64,000 nt of DNA from positions 1-64,000 of the forward strand of contig JYFJ02001845.1 of NCBI GenBank assembly GCA_000934665.2, in the 5' to 3' direction. Shown in pieces: positions 23,201 through 38,800 of this stretch. Within the stretch, counting starts at the first letter, position 1, and each line of letters opens with the position of its first letter. Source of the DNA: Catajapyx aquilonaris. Lineage: Eukaryota. The notes beneath the pieces are model-generated. The model was not told the origin of the DNA, ran no database searches, and saw nothing but the letters and a program-made list of their open reading frames with translations. The position numbers and the translations under genes were made by a program.

Positions 23201-26200
23201 AACCCCGGGTCCAGTCGATTAAACTCATGTCGGCACACAAGGCGATGACCTCTTCACACACTGGCTGTTCACACACTCTTGTTTGAGAACATTTATAGAT
23301 TCCGCAACCCAAATATTGACGGCAGAGACATTTGTGCTCTATTAATATCGCGTCAAACGCCAATTTAATAACTGGGGAGAGCCCGGGTGTAAACTGCATT
23401 TTTTCCTCTCATATTATTCCGCCCCCGGAAGTTTGCATGACCGTGGCCCAACCCGAAAGGCCTGCATAAATAACCGACACTGAAACCTCTGCCTCATTTT
23501 CAGAGCACTCCCGAACCTGGAACGAATCCGGATAGCACAACCCCCCTGAAATAAACATGAGACCGCTGTCACCAACGAGTTAATCTCCGTTTCCCCACTT
23601 GAGCTTAACGCAACGAAATCCTCTAGTCCGACACACATTGCGTGTACAAAAAAAAGGAGGGAAGTGTACTCCTTGCATTGTCGCCATTGTTCAGATGTCC
23701 TGAAAGTGTAGGATTTCATCATATATTCTGGAAGAGCAACCAATAAAACGTGCAGTGCGTACGAGTAATAATTTCGGTGCTGTACTGTAATATTATTATT
23801 CAGATCCGGCCTGAATGCGATTGGTTACAAACTTTCGAGGATGTGCTGCACATACTAAAAGGCAATTTAAGCACTTGTTTTATCTAGGCTCAAATTATTT
23901 CTGCCACTTTTCTTTGGTAGATCATGTTCCCTAAATGCAAATAAAATCGGTCCCCCCCCTCCTCACATCAGGTCACACTGTCACCCCAATCTTCAAGTGC
24001 CACGAGCAGCTGTCGAATGGATAGCTAATGCAATTTGAAAATCTCATCTTACTTCAATAATTAAGCTAATCCAGTTAGGCAACCGGGAGTAAAACCAGAG
24101 ACTGGGGCGTGGCCATGGAGTGTGTGAGAGTTTTACAACAAAAAAGAGACGGAGAGGCATATAGGGGTGACACACATACACGGTTTTTGGCCCCGTGCCT
24201 CTCTCTGGAGGCTGTCAGAAGCACGCCTTCTCCCGCTCCGATTGGCCGCTGCACTCATGCCAGGAATTATACCACGTGTATTACTCTCACGCGGGGTGGT
24301 TCACAGCTGGGCGCATTTGTGCGCGGCTATGTTGCCATAAACATTACCTCCTTTCAGGGCAGGGGGGCGGGGACACCACTGCACTTGTTAGGACCTAGTG
24401 TCAGAGCCATGTAGTAAACGTCGTCCATTGACGTGCTTGTAAGTTCCACTTGCTTTAACACGTTTTGCGGGGGGAAAACCAGGCTTAAACTACGGGTTAA
24501 AGGTGCAGCAATGCCGTGATTGTTAGTCATTAATCCGTACCGGTCTAAAAACCTTGGGATTTTGATAGATTGTGGGCGCAGTTCAATGCTACACGACTTT
24601 CTTGGCCGGAGTTTCCGACCCCGCAAAACCGGAACAGGACTGACAAGAAAAGCATTCGTTGTAATTTAACAAACCTCCTTTTATAGTGGGTCAGTCACGA
24701 GCCAAACGACACCCAAAAAGCCAACGTCCACCTTGTCCTCCCCNTTCGCAAAACAAACTCGAGGCAACTCTGTAAATAAATAGGCCCACGAGAGCTAGAT
24801 TCCCTCTCACGTGAATTAAATATACTGAAAGTATGGAAAAGCCACCTTTGATGTCTCGGAATGAGTGATGCCTACCACCCATCTTCCCCTAAGCTGTTCC
24901 CTAATGCAGTCGGGGATTCGAAGAGAAATCACAAGAGTGCCATTTATCACTAAAGGTGTCACTGGCAGGACTGTATTGCACTTGGCAAAAGTCTTATTGC
25001 AGACGCATCTTTCTACAAAGGTCGTGCAACAAAATTGCGGTCGTAAAGTCGCGCAAAATAATTCTCTGCGGTTAAAACTGTACGATGTTATTATCTACAA
25101 TAGTTCATAACTTTATAACGGCAGTAATTCGGCGCAAGTGCGAACTGATAATGCGTTAAATGTGGGCGAGCGCGCCCATAAAACTTTACTGATCTGCATA
25201 CGTAGCAATAAATCGCTCCCCAAAAAATAGAGCACACACTCTTTTAATTAAACCATCCGAAAAACCCCGGAGTTTTTTTTGTTACCTTCGAACGAAACAC
25301 ATTTGTACAGCTTCCTTTTTCCTCTTTTCGTTCCAAATGAAATCGGAGAATTCTAGAGCTCCGGGAGAAAACGAGCAGTGCATGCTCAATCAATTCTCTC
25401 GATTGCTCCAGTGTGATAGTGAGGCCAGGCCTCAAGGGTTGCAGTCTCGAGATCGAGGGGGGAAAAGAAAACTATTTAATGAATCCTCCAAGCTCTTTTT
25501 TTTGTATTTTCCGGTTAATGAGTCTGGCACCTGGGACATGAGAAGGGTGCGCACAGCTCGAGAGCGGTAACTCAATTCTGAGTAATAACACCCAGCAGAT
25601 GAGCCTCAATCACATTACCGCTCCAATAAACCAATAAAACCGCCACGTGGCTTCACTTATAACTCCCAACATATCCACAAACTTACGTCTCAATTCTCTG
25701 CAAAAAATGAGGGTGACCCCATCGAGGACAGCACTCTTGTCATGCATGCATTGCGTGTTGGCAAGATGGTCGTAAGTTGTATAACTTTATTACTGGAGAG
25801 AGAGGGGGCGGCGCTTGGCTGGCTATTTGCATTTGGCGGATTGCATTTCACGAGCTGTAAACACACATGAGATTTCTCTTTTCACTGTAGTGCGGGGGAA
25901 GGGGAGGAGGGGACTAGAATGCATTCTGGCGAAGGTTTCTATTGATGGGAAGCCCCAGCAATGGCGAGTGCTTTGCTTGAATAGAACAACACAGACGAGC
26001 TTCACAGGGAGAGAATGCACGCAAAGTGGACGGGCTTCAATTTTTTTGGAGGTTATTCTCCTTGGGCATGGTAGGTTACAGGCTTTATCAGATTTTTTCT
26101 GTTTTAGCAACTACCCACAACGAGGGAAGAAGTACATTGAAGAGGATTCACCTGCTTTACCCGAATCTCTCCCTGAAAGCTATTCACCATGCCCATATCC

Positions 26201-26838
26201 AAAATGAGAAGCACACAATAATGCCTTCCATTAACTAAATGGCGATGTTTGATCATAGGCTTCTTTTTCTCCGCATAAAAGTTCCTAATTAGCCTCTTTC
26301 TTTGATCTGCTTCACTTTTCTTCTCCTCTGGTTTTTCTCGAGTAATCCGGGCAGCTGTTGTACACTAACGACATCCAAACCGCAAGGCTTTGAGCCGCTC
26401 AACACTGCCTTCTCTCCCAGAATGACTCGGGCAGCCCTCTCCTTTGAGGTAAGCCTTTCACCTCGGCTGGCTCCAAGTGTGCTCACCCATATATCCGATC
26501 CCAAGCACTTCCATATCAAAAGGAAGAATCCGCAAGAATAAAATAAAAAAAGAAGATCCGGAATGAAACAGGGTGTTTCTCGAACATGCCCAGCACATTA
26601 CTCGAAAACGAGGCGGAGAAAATTCCAAAAGGAAACTGGTCAAAGTGGAAACTTTTTTGGAGGAGCAGAAGGCCACGCAGGGGCCATTCCACTGACCTGT
26701 GAGCTTGTAACTTTGTTTCATTTGCTGATGCTCCGGAATCCGCAACTAGCTGGAGGTATACGGGAAAATCCGGTTTCCTTTGATGGAATGTATAGCCAAA
26801 GCTGTAAGATATTTCGACAGATACCGTATTTATTGTAT

Positions 26839-26887
26839 GGTTAGGGTAGGATAGGTTAGGTCCATACAAGGATAAGATAGGTTAGGT
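26839..26887. repeat. Short degenerate TTAGG/ATAGG pentamer tract
   Basis: ggttagggtaggataggttaggtccatacaaggataagataggttaggt; opposite orientation to the 20041 tract. Confidence 0.65.
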
Positions 26888-29800
26888 ATTTTATTAATTA
26901 ATTAATAGATTTCGTGTTATCTTATGTCTTTAGTGTTTTCGACTCATTGCCTGAAATTCATTTATGCAAAATCGATTTTCCTAACATCACAGAGCTTCTA
27001 AAAAGAAGCCGACTGGTTAACGACCGATCGGCGTAATAATCACTTCTTGTTTGGAGCTAATGCTTTTGGAAGGATTTTTAATGCAGCGACAGATTTAAAC
27101 GCCAAACGCAGCGGGGAATCTCTGAAAGGTTTTGAGCTGGCTTTGTCGCACGCAACTCGAATTTTTTTGCTGCCTTTTGTTGGGTGACGTCAACGGCCAG
27201 GGATCTTTTTCCATTGTATCCCCCGGACATCATGCTCTCCAGAGCCATTGAATGACATGCAACCGGCCACAGACTTGTCCGCTTTTGTCTGCCTCTGCGA
27301 CCAAACACCACGCCCAAATTAGCCTTCTGCAAAGCGGGCTAATCACACGTTTTAAGTGTGTGCTGACTTTAAGACACCTGACTTTTTTTCCGATCCATTC
27401 TATTTCCTAGAGAGCTCCGAAAGCACTTGCTCGGCCTAGACCAGCATGTGGCACGGGGAATAATAAATTACCAATCAAGCGGGGAGATTTAGTCGTCTTT
27501 CAATTTCCTCTTGTCAGTCGGGGAGTCAGCGAGAATCCCTCCTTTCCTTGGCGTAGACCCCCTTAGAAATTGACTTTTCACCGATCTCGAGTGTGCTTGG
27601 GAGTTGGCAGTGACAAAGGTTGATAAACGGATTTTTTTCTCTCTCTCTCTTCTCCTTCTGGGTTTGGACCTCTATAGACGAATCCCAAAAAAAGCCAAAC
27701 TTCAAGCTTGTGCAGAAAAGCCACAAAGATGTCATAAATTGTGTCAAGTGTCAATATTCAAGACGCAAGCTTTTCAGGAAATTTGAGATAATACTACGGC
27801 TTCCAACAATGATGCCTTGAATGTAAAATTATCTTCTGTGCACCCAAGTAACTGCTTGAAAATGCCCGTAAATATTGAGCAGGATGACAAATTTTTATGG
27901 CAATGGCGCGGCGTCTGCTTGCATTCCCTTCATGGATTGGAAGCGCAGCAGTGTGTTTAGGTTGACAATGTTAACCCCCAGTTTTTTTTCCATCCATGTC
28001 GTGTGTTCTTTAAATAACTCAAAAGTCATGCATACTTGAGATTTCGACGTTCCCTTTTCTTCCCATCAATTCCACAACGTCATTTCGGATGTTTTCCATT
28101 CATATGAGACGAGCTGTCATTTCCACGACGTGTGATGGTTCTTCCTTCCAACGGGTCTTTCCAGTTCAATATCACCAGACAAGCATAATCAATCAGGGCG
28201 CCAAGGCGTGTGGACTTCATCTGCCGGATTACATTCCTACTTCATCTTCCTCCCTCCATATGCAATTCACTTGGCACTCTGGCTGGGACCAATATGCTCC
28301 GGATATAAGGCGCATATCCTCTCATTTTTCGTGTAGATTGTGCCATCTGTCCCAGGGGGAAAAAGTGGGTGAAACAGGTAACGAAGAGGGGGCTTATAAT
28401 GTTGGGCGGTTGTAATTTGAGTTTGGAGTTTTTATTATACTAAAAACTATTGCGCTCCAAAAATGCGTCCTTTTGAAATCTTCCATAATTCGCCATGAAC
28501 AGGACGGCACATATCGCTTCCCCAATTTTTAAATTACAGTATGTAGAATATAATGAGGCAGGCCATACGAGGTGGAAGCAGAAATACCAGCCATTATGAA
28601 AAAAATTACATCTACCCTGCAAAATTTGAAATAACTGTAGAATACATTTCATAGCCTATCTTTTCTACAGTTCTGAGAAAAAAAGTCGTAACATCACTGT
28701 ATATCAAAAGGTCGAGTTTTGTTCGTACAGTTGTGGTTAGTCTAATGGAGCTGGATGAACATGATTGGACATTATCGCATTTATGCTTTTTTGATAATGA
28801 GCGGAGATGTGACGTATAACGTAGGCAATGATGTTCTTGTAATTAAACGCAATATATAGTTTCCGCTTCGTCGCCACTGGAACGCATTGGTGAAAAATAT
28901 ACGAGCAAAATTCCGCTTATGTTCAAATACTCATAAAAAATTAACCACCTTAACTGTCCGCATCACTCCGCTATAAATGTTACAAAATCATAACATAATC
29001 ACACAATTGGGTCCGTTCATCATAATTGCTGTGACAAGGTAAGCCCGCAACAGTCGCCATGTTTTTGTAAACAAGGCCGAGTGAAGGGTGGGGGGGCCAT
29101 GTCACCCCGGAATTTCGCCGGACAAATAATCCAAAACAAAGCCTGTGTTTCGTCCCATCCAACCTGCACATACACAAGACCTGCCCTATTTTGCACTCAC
29201 GGGTCTCCAAGCTTGTCAAGCGTTTTGCGAAAATCGTGTGACGCTGACGGTTCTGAAGTCAAATCGAAAGTGGTGGACCGGAAGTAGACGGGGAAAAAAA
29301 ATAAACCGGTGGGTTTGGTCCGGGGGAAGTTTAGATTTACGACTAACGTTATGAGAGAAAGTGAAACTGCAATGAAGAAAAATGTGGGGTGTTTTGGGGG
29401 CTCAGAGGAAACAGCCCCCNGTCTGCCCGGAAAAAAGACCAGGAAAAAAACGGAAACGGCAGTCGTGAATATGAAGCTCTGCAACAAACCGCAGGTTTTT
29501 TTTTCAGGATAAAAAAGGGGGGATGGAAACCAACCCCACCCCGACAGCCCCTTTTTTCCCTTGGTGGGTTATAAAATGCGATGTTGCGCTAACCAACTTA
29601 TTTGGTAAATGGAACGACACAGCCGTAATCAAATCTGGCGCCTACACGCTGAAAGAAATATGCCGCAAATTTGTGCAAAACTCTTGTTTTGTAAGGGACA
29701 TGTAGTAACGCAGAATGAAACAACCCGTAACTCTCATCCGGGTGGGCCAACACTGGAACCGGAAGAAAACAATAGGGATGCAAGTACAACAAAGGAGTGG

Positions 29801-32800
29801 CCATCCCCGCTCTGCTGACTCAGGAAGGCTTATTTCATTTTCAGCGTACAAAAGCAGTGTTCGAAACGGTGACCTGGATTTTGAAGCACATAATTGAAGT
29901 TCAACATTTTTTTTTTGTGTCGGAATGCCACGTGTTCTGGTTATCGGTTCAATTCATCATGATGTGACATTGTTCATTCTCAAATAGCTACATGTCCAAT
30001 TGATGCACTTCAATAATTGTTGCAACACGTGGTTTCGCAAGGCTGGTGCCCCGTCACCTTTTAGACAAATAAAGAGATTAAAATCGTGGCCCGCAGTGCA
30101 CTCAAAACATTCCGTGCAAGAGTAAGAAAATGAGAAAATTCTGTGCAACAAATTACACATATCAGAGACGAACTGGAGCAATGACGTTGTTAAGAAAAGC
30201 AGGCCAACAATATTCACCTTACAGATGTAGGACTATATGTCACATTCATGTCCTTAATAAAATATTAACCGAATCTACACTGTATTGCTCTTTAACAAGA
30301 AGAGTTTCTGTATACAGTCTGAGTCACATGTCATAAGCATGCCTTATTTTTATTCGTTTATTAAAAAGAAGAGACAGTGGGCTTTGTGTCTCGAATCGAT
30401 CGCACGTATACTCGTCGCACATTAGGCGCAGTGAACAACTGCCTTTTCCACGAAGGGTGCTGACATGACTGCAAAATGTTTTGTCACGGTCCCACGTAGG
30501 TGGCGGATCGTTAATGGACTCCAATGTCGAATTGCCTCGAGCAAATCTCAGGTTTTCATGGCAACACCATTGATCGCCNGGGGGGCAAAGCCGATTTCAG
30601 ATCCCCAAGTTTTCACGGAGGTCGTCACGGAAAGTAGAGATTGGATTTCTCTCTACGCAGGAGATACAAAACGGTATCGCAAATTAAACGGCCAAGGACG
30701 ACACTATACCATCCTCCCGTGAAAAAAAAATCAGCACTAATTTAGCACAAGTGTCAAGTTTCATCCCCTCGACAAGTGTAGGGCTAATCCTCTTGTCCGG
30801 GCCATTACATTTGACCTTTGCAAGTGGACCGGGGTGGGACTAGAATTTCCGTGGCATAAAGGCTTCCTCCTGGGGGGAAAAGGAAGAGTGGAAGCCAAAA
30901 CCACCTCCTTAATCCCTATTGAACCTATGCAACAACAGCCTCATTCACGCCAGCAAATTAAGCCACGCCGCTGAAACAATCCGAAACCAGAGAAATCATT
31001 TGCCCGGAATTGGACACTGCCTAAAGAGGGAGAGAGAGAGGTCAGGAGGTCGTCCCTGGCTGCTGGTCTCATGTGTGAAATCAATGTGTAATTTGTAGTC
31101 GTGTCAGCTTTGGTGAGGCATGAAGGCGCAGTGCACCTAATCCTTCCTTTCCCTCCCGCTCTTTGGATGTATTTGGACGTTTATTGTCTGCGCGCGCTAT
31201 GAATAGAGAGACCCAAGTCCTTCCCATTCCAAGACGGAGGAGGAGGATAGAGTCTGTTCTGTAACGGAGACAAAGAGCGGAGGAAGACAATTAGTAGGGG
31301 GTAAGGGATCGTTTCCCAGTTGTTATCAGACACTCATTGAACCAGGAGAGCTCGTCGATTAAAATGAGGCCTCGGATACAGCCAGACGATACAAGGCTAA
31401 GCGCGGTTATTGCGACCCATTTCATACTAATAGTAATGCTTACTATTGTATGAGAAGATTTTATTTTACCTTCGCTTCTGCAGAAACATGTTTCCTAGCA
31501 ACGGCCAAAGACGGAGAAAGCGATATTGTGTATTTGCAGCTTGTTGTTGCAGAAGGAAAAAATGAGAGAAGAAAATGGAAGACTCCTTTTGCTCTACCAG
31601 CTACTGGGTCAGTTTCAACTGAATTAGCCAGTACAGCAAGAGCGCTGCGCCCACGATAATAAACGCGGAATTAAAGTACACCTGTTACATGAAGTGGGCA
31701 TCATAAATTTACCACTTACTGCTGGAACGGCCCTTTCAGGCTTATATTATTTTAGTTTTGTCTTTATTATTCATCGCCACCATTTTGGATCAATGAAATT
31801 TCCTCCTTGTTCCATTAGGTTATATCCAGTTTGTCCTCAGCTGTCCTAGTAGATTAAGGAAATTTAAAATTGGGTTTAAATACGATGCCTCTAAGCAACT
31901 GCGATGTTTTTAAACAACTCTTAATGTGATACAGTCCTACATCAATGAAATCTCATTGCTTCTCATGGCTATGAACCTAAAAGCATAAAAAGTGCGACTC
32001 CCGCAGCTACCAAGCCCAAAAGCCAGTACAGACAATAAAGAGCAGCGGTTTGCAAAACTTACTCATTTCGGCGATTACAACTTTTGCCCCCACGATTTCT
32101 GGCCCAGCTCAAACTCCTTTGAAGATTCTGCAGTCGCTTCATTATTGGGCACACCAATCGTCAGAGCAAGCCCATAAAAGGCAGACCTCCCCCCTCTCTC
32201 TTTCTGGTTCGCTACAATGGCCAGTAATAACTAATTCTAAATGAGGGAGCGCTTGCTTTCTGAGGCGATTTGCATGCTTCTGCCCTCGGGATAAGCTTGT
32301 TTATACTCCCAGTACCGCAATTCCTATGCTCTTTTGCCTTGCTATACTACTACCAGCTTCAATAACCGGTTGCTTTTTTTTAGAGGAAAAAAATCCCCAT
32401 GGCTCATACACATGTTCCATTATTTTCCTACCTGCGCAACTGTAAGGCAAAATATCAACCCTGGAGAGCCATGTAAAAAAGGTGTTTTCAAGATTGCAAA
32501 ACGTCTCGAGTCGCACATCAAAAGAAACCTGTAAAACCTCTAAGTAATGAATGAAGAAAAATTAATTTTCTCAGTTTTTGGGAAGATATATATCTCTCTC
32601 TCCGGGTTCTGGCATATGAAGGTCTCGGGACTCTTTGTCAGACGCACCCTGTTGACGGCTCGAAGCCGGCATAACTACAGACCAAATAGCCCCTGAGGAG
32701 TACCTTTCCTCCGTAATGGGAGACGGAAATTTCATTAAAAATCAGACAGCGCAATGCATTCGGAGAGGCAAAAAGGGTTGAAGGAGCAGAATTATTCCCG

Positions 32801-35800
32801 AATTTATTCTCAGTTTTACGCCCGGGTCTGCCCGAATTGGAAGCAAGAGTGTTGGTGAGGGGGGGAGGATGGAACCGTTTTTTTCCGTTGGAAAAAAATA
32901 GGCCATAGCAGTCGGGTGGGGGATGATCTCCAGGACGGGCCGATTCGCACCGCCATTTCGTCTCATTTAAAATCAGTAAAACCTGCGCTCCGCACGGTCC
33001 TCTCCTATACACACTCCTTTTTTTCCCCTTCCCAAGGTTCCAAGGCCTTATTTCATTTCCGTGGAAATTACCGCGCCTTTTCTTCTCCTTGGGTGTAGAT
33101 TGCTCCTTCCGGCTGGTCTGGCCTCCTTAAGCACAAACACTCAATCCCAGCCCCAGCCCAGCCCAACCAACCAGAGAGGAGACAAAGGAAGTGACTGCGC
33201 CAAATTTGCCTCCATGCATGCCGAGAGGAACCTTCACAGAACGCAATGTTTACGCTCCATATAGACTAATAAAAATGTCAGTGAGGAAGCAAGAACGCTT
33301 TTGCTTTGAGTTAAGGCACGAGTCCAATATCCCGCAATGTAAGAGGGCCGCCTTCCATCCTCTTTGTGAATTACGCCGAGCCATGCAATAACAAGACCTG
33401 GGGCTATCCAGCACAAGAAGACGGGGGGCGATGACAAGAGATAAAGAATGGGGAAAGGTAGGGAAAACTTCGAAGTATCCAATGAAGACACGGCAGTCAC
33501 TCTCGGTATTGACCTCGAGGACACAAGAACTTGGGAGGCTAATCTTGCATTTTCAACCGGAGATGGAACGCCAGGAATGAACGAGGAGACCGGATATTAT
33601 ATAGAGGAGCAAGCCTCTCCTTTTCTCTAATTTAAATATGTTACGTCTGGGACACTTTTAAGCGATTTTTCGTTTGGTTTTTGCGTTAAGAAGTCTTTGA
33701 GTGCGGGGCCCTAATAACTGTCACTTACAATGAAACATCGCTTTTCACTTTGAGAAAAAAGTGTCAGGAGAATCCCGGGTGCTCGAATTATACGGGGAAA
33801 TTGTTCAAGCCCCCTGCATTCATGCCAATTTTCTCCAGGTTCTCGCTCCTATGTCCCAATTCTCTGGAGAAAGAGAATTATCTCCAAAATGCCTCCTCCA
33901 CCCCTACCCCCATTTCGAAATGAGAAATTAACTAGACCATGCAGTCAACATCCTTTAGTATGAGCTCAAAGGTGACGCGGAAGTCGAGGAATTCCAAGCT
34001 GCAACTAGGTCGTCCGTCACCTATAGATTTTTACTATTCGCCAATCTCTCTACTTCCATCAATCAATATCAGAACAGATGGAATTTTGAAATGCACTTCG
34101 CACATAATTATTTCACATCCAGAAATGCATGGGACAGCACCATTCAATTGGTGCAATTTTTTTAACTAAAAGTTATGTTGTGCTGAAACGCATTATTTAA
34201 CAACTCAGCCAAAATACTGGAAAATAATGTTGCAATATCTTAAAATGTCGTCTAGAAAATATTCCACTGGCTTGGAAAAATTTGTGCCTAATTTTACGTT
34301 TCTGCCACATTTTTGGGGGGAATGAACACCCGGAAATTGCAAATTGCGAATCTGGCCGACGCGTGCGAATCGCCTCAGTCATAAGTGTGTTCCGCCCAGT
34401 CCGAATTGATCCACATAAAACGGTGAGTACGTTTTCATGCGCACCCCATACTGCCTCTAGTCATGACACAGGTCATTAAAAGGCATCCCAGGTACTCTCA
34501 CGAACTTCCCGGAACAATTTATCAGCCTGGGAGAGAATATTGTTGTGTCCGACGGATATTCATTCCCATTTTTTTCTGTCTTATCCTACATACTCTTGTA
34601 GTGTCAAGTCCGGACAGCCCCCCAAAAACTGGCAACGCCGCTTTCGCACTGTCCCATTCGCCGAAAGCCGCAATAAAGAGTCGAATCAAAGACCCCTTTT
34701 CCCTGGGCGTGAGAGATGCGAAAGCCAGATCCCATCTACCGAGAATAATTTTATGAGGGTCAAATCTCAAGGTTTGAATGCCAGAGTGTAAATCTATTGA
34801 ATTGGTGATAATGTAGAGTATAAAGTCGGGAGATAAACGCATATTGTAAGGGCCGCTTTTCAGCTGAAAATGGGTTAAGGTGCTAAACTCAAAGCCCGGC
34901 TCTTAGCATGCGTCAAACCCAGGACAATGGAGTCTTTATTGGTGTATGAACACACACACACACAAGCCAGATCTCTAATCAGGACGTAGACCTTTCCGGG
35001 CCCTCTTATCTCTAGTTTCACCCATTCCCGGATTGTCAATAAAGTTCCGCCGAATGTCTGGATCCGTAACAAGGTCTACGGGTGAGGAGCAACAATATGT
35101 GCCACTGTAAATGTGCACTTCATACAATCATATCGTGCAGTAATGACACCTGCCAGAAAAATTGGGCCACTTACGCACCTTTTGTCTAGAGGTAAAGTTC
35201 GTCCGAAGTTTTTCCCTTTTTTCATTGCAATTAGCGAACTCCTCTTCCTGCCCCGGAAAACAAAGTTAGTCCGACCTGAAAATGCTCCGGATGAGGCTTT
35301 ACCTGAGAGGTGAATAGGAGTTTGTCTATAAAGCCAGGGCTCCTGACCAATTTTTACCTTTTCTGCGCCTTACCAGATCCTTTGATCTCCACTATGGTCC
35401 TGACTAAACCCGGCAGCTTTAGGGAGGGAAACATGCAAGCCGCCTTAAACGAGCCGAAGTAGCTTAAGCTTCAGGAAGGAGCAAATTAAGCGGTTGTGGT
35501 ATCCCACCCCCTCCACCTTCACTTCTACCCCCTTCCCCCCTCCTCTCCTTTTACTTCCATGTCACTGCATGCCGGCTATGCTTTCAATCACACCGCGCTC
35601 ATTTGCCAACTTCTCAACCCCACCTGGTGGTTCCAATGCCCCCGACATGCGAGATCCAAATTACACCCCAGGCCCAAGCCCTCATTTTTGCTTCGGGAAC
35701 TGAAAAATATTGCTCATTCCCAATTTTTTGGAGGTATTTACTCGCACCCGTAGAAAATACCTACGCATTAATCCACCAGCCCCAGAATGATGATGCCCGC

Positions 35801-38800
35801 CAGAAGTTGCGTTATCCTATTGGCAGGCCATGCTTCCTAGCAGCCAACCTCATTAGTATACGTACAAGGGTGCATTTCCTTCGAGAGAAAAAAAAATAAC
35901 CGAGGGGTTATTGATTTAGAACCAGCCTTGAGACCAGTAATGACGCCAGGTTTCCAATTTCTCATTCTAAGTATACTCGTCCTGCTAAAATGAGAAACAC
36001 ACTAATTCCGGTAGTATATTATTCACAGGACGTGTCTGACGTGCGCGTGACATTTTTTTTCTGGGTCGTCGCCATTATTATTATTATATTGTTAATATTA
36101 ATTCTTGGGGAATGTGCAACCACCCCCCTCTGGTGGTGATAATCGAGTTGGGAAACGCTCTAACAGTTCCCAATACCAGTGAGGGATGCTCGTTACGCCG
36201 AGTTGCTCATTTCAAAGTTCCTGCTGCTCACTATTCTCTCTATATATTTCGTTATCCCGATGTCGGCAGAAGTTATGTCGATTTGGTCGGTGGGTTGAGT
36301 TACTGCGTATGTCAGTTCTGGCCTACTTGCTTGCCATTTTCCTTCCCAACCGTACCCAATCTATGCCCTAGCATTCGGAGTGATTGGAACTCTCTATACG
36401 TTTGGGTTGGAAAAAATGGTTAATTATTCATGCTTATAGGACGAATCCAGAAAATATGTTGGTGATAAGTACGAGGATAATAATATGAAATCAAATTTAC
36501 ACCAATACGACGTTTCCTACCAATACCGTATATTTGTTCAATGTGACTATTGTGATTGTGTGCGAGGCACATGTTCATTTGCATAGGCAACTGCATGTTT
36601 TCATTGTTTTAGGTACACAGGTAACTGCAGTAATTGAACCTATTATTTTGTGGTCTAAACCGCACAAAAATGCGAAAACAAACAGGAACATTATTAATTT
36701 TCGCTGTTTCAGGACGGTATATGTCGGACAGAAGTAGGCCGATGTGTCAGTGGGCTGAGCCACTGCGGTGTGCAGTTACCGACTGCTTGTGACACAGTGG
36801 CTGGCGTTTCGGCCTATTGAAACAGAATTCCCATACGACATGCTGGCAAAAACTCCGGTTCACTTCCATTACGGGAAATCAACAATTTAATTATTGAAAT
36901 GAATAAAAATGTAACTAACAAATTATATAGAAAGTACAGACAAAATGTGGCAAATAGTGGTAGGGACCTTCCTTACTCGTTCAGTTTAAAGTCTATTTTT
37001 ACGCTTGCATGAACAAAGATAAGTAAATAACAAGCCATATGAATATTTTACTAACAGGTTTCCCCCCTTCCTCCTGTATATGGATACGCGCCACAATACC
37101 AAAAATGGGCACACGCACATGCCCTATGCAAAGGCCAGAAAAACAAGGATGATGAATAGTTTAGTGGGCATTGTTCAGCTGCTAATATCACGCACTACTT
37201 AGGCTGCTCAACATTTTTGGAATGTGTGGACATGACTAAATATATATATCAAAAAGCAGATCCCCCCCCCCCCTCGAATATGCTCCAAGTGCAGGAATGC
37301 CATGCTGTGCGAATCTCCAAACTTTGCAAAAAAAAAACAGGACTATAAACCATCCGTGCGCATACCTTGAACGTACGAATTGAGCTTACAAAAATGCGGA
37401 GCGCAATAAACTTTTTTTTTTCTACGACATGTAATGCAAAACTGGCTCCCCCATTTTTTGCACCCTGGCTGCTTCACATGCGAGGCAAAGTGACGTAAAT
37501 AATTCGCGGGCAATAATTTTTAAAGTTGGCAGAGATGGTGGGGGGGGGGTTTTAGTGACGGGAGGGGGGGGGGGTGCTCTTGCGGATGGGTGGGACGGGC
37601 TGCCATCAGTGCAGGCTAAAATAATAAATGAACCAGTGGCCCCCCCATACCTGTACCCCTCCAAAAAAGCCTTGGTCTTCTATCAAAAGGCCCGGGCTTC
37701 ATACAAACGCCCGCCCGGCATCCATCTGCCCCTCGTTGCGAATTTATGCACTCTCTCTCCCATGGTGAAACGCTAATCTATTTGACCCCTCTCCTACCCC
37801 CCCCCTCTTCTCTCTCTCCTGGTGCTTACGCTCCGCTTATGGGCAAAGATGATATTACTATGAAAACGGTGAGGCTTTCCACTTCACAGCCTCACCGCCA
37901 CGAGCTTTAGGAAAATTATTGTGGGACTTTTTTTTAGCCTCCGAATTTTTTTTGGTAAATCGCGGGGCTCATTTGAAGTACGGAATCTCAGAAGGCATTG
38001 TTGTCAAATCTGCGGGACTCACGCATGACCTGCTACAGGCCACCGGTTTTACGCATGGAGATTAATAATAAAGAGTACACGCCCTCGACAGCTATACAAA
38101 ATTACAGGCGCATTGTTACGAAATTGATAATATTTGCAGTGTGGTTTCTCGAACTTTTTTAAAACATTTATGTCGCGAATATGGCCAGACGTATACACCT
38201 GTGTGAAAAGCAGGGGGAAAATGGTTGACGGGGCTTAGTTTGGGGGGAATAATTTAGGGCAGGTCGCAGACTCTACCCGGTATCATATACACACCTGGTT
38301 CACACCGTGTGACACTATACAGATTAATGAGAACGGGAACATTCCCCCGGTTAATATTTAATCAGTTAGAAACAATATAACGCTGGCAGGAAACGAAGGC
38401 TCGGAGTGGTAGCTGAACACGATTTCCCTCGTAGGACTTCCTTCGCCATCTGCCACTTTCACGTTGGAGCCTCGCAATTTTTAGATACTGAATGTGAAAG
38501 AGCAAGACTGTGAATAGATTCTCCTAATTGTGAATCGGGTCAATGATGCGACGAAATAAATTATGGATGGCCACGTGGACGTAGACCTGGAATTGGCAGA
38601 AATGACGATGATAGTGCCTTAGGTGTAAGACTGCATTGCACTTATTGGTACAGTATGTCTTCCCTATACTGCATTACAGTCTCGCCATGTATAGCTCATA
38701 TCCCATTAACTTGTTGAAGTCATGAATAAATTTTCATCATCGATTGTTAGGCCATGACTTGTTCAATAACTGGACCATGTAATTAGCTATTGTAGGGTTA

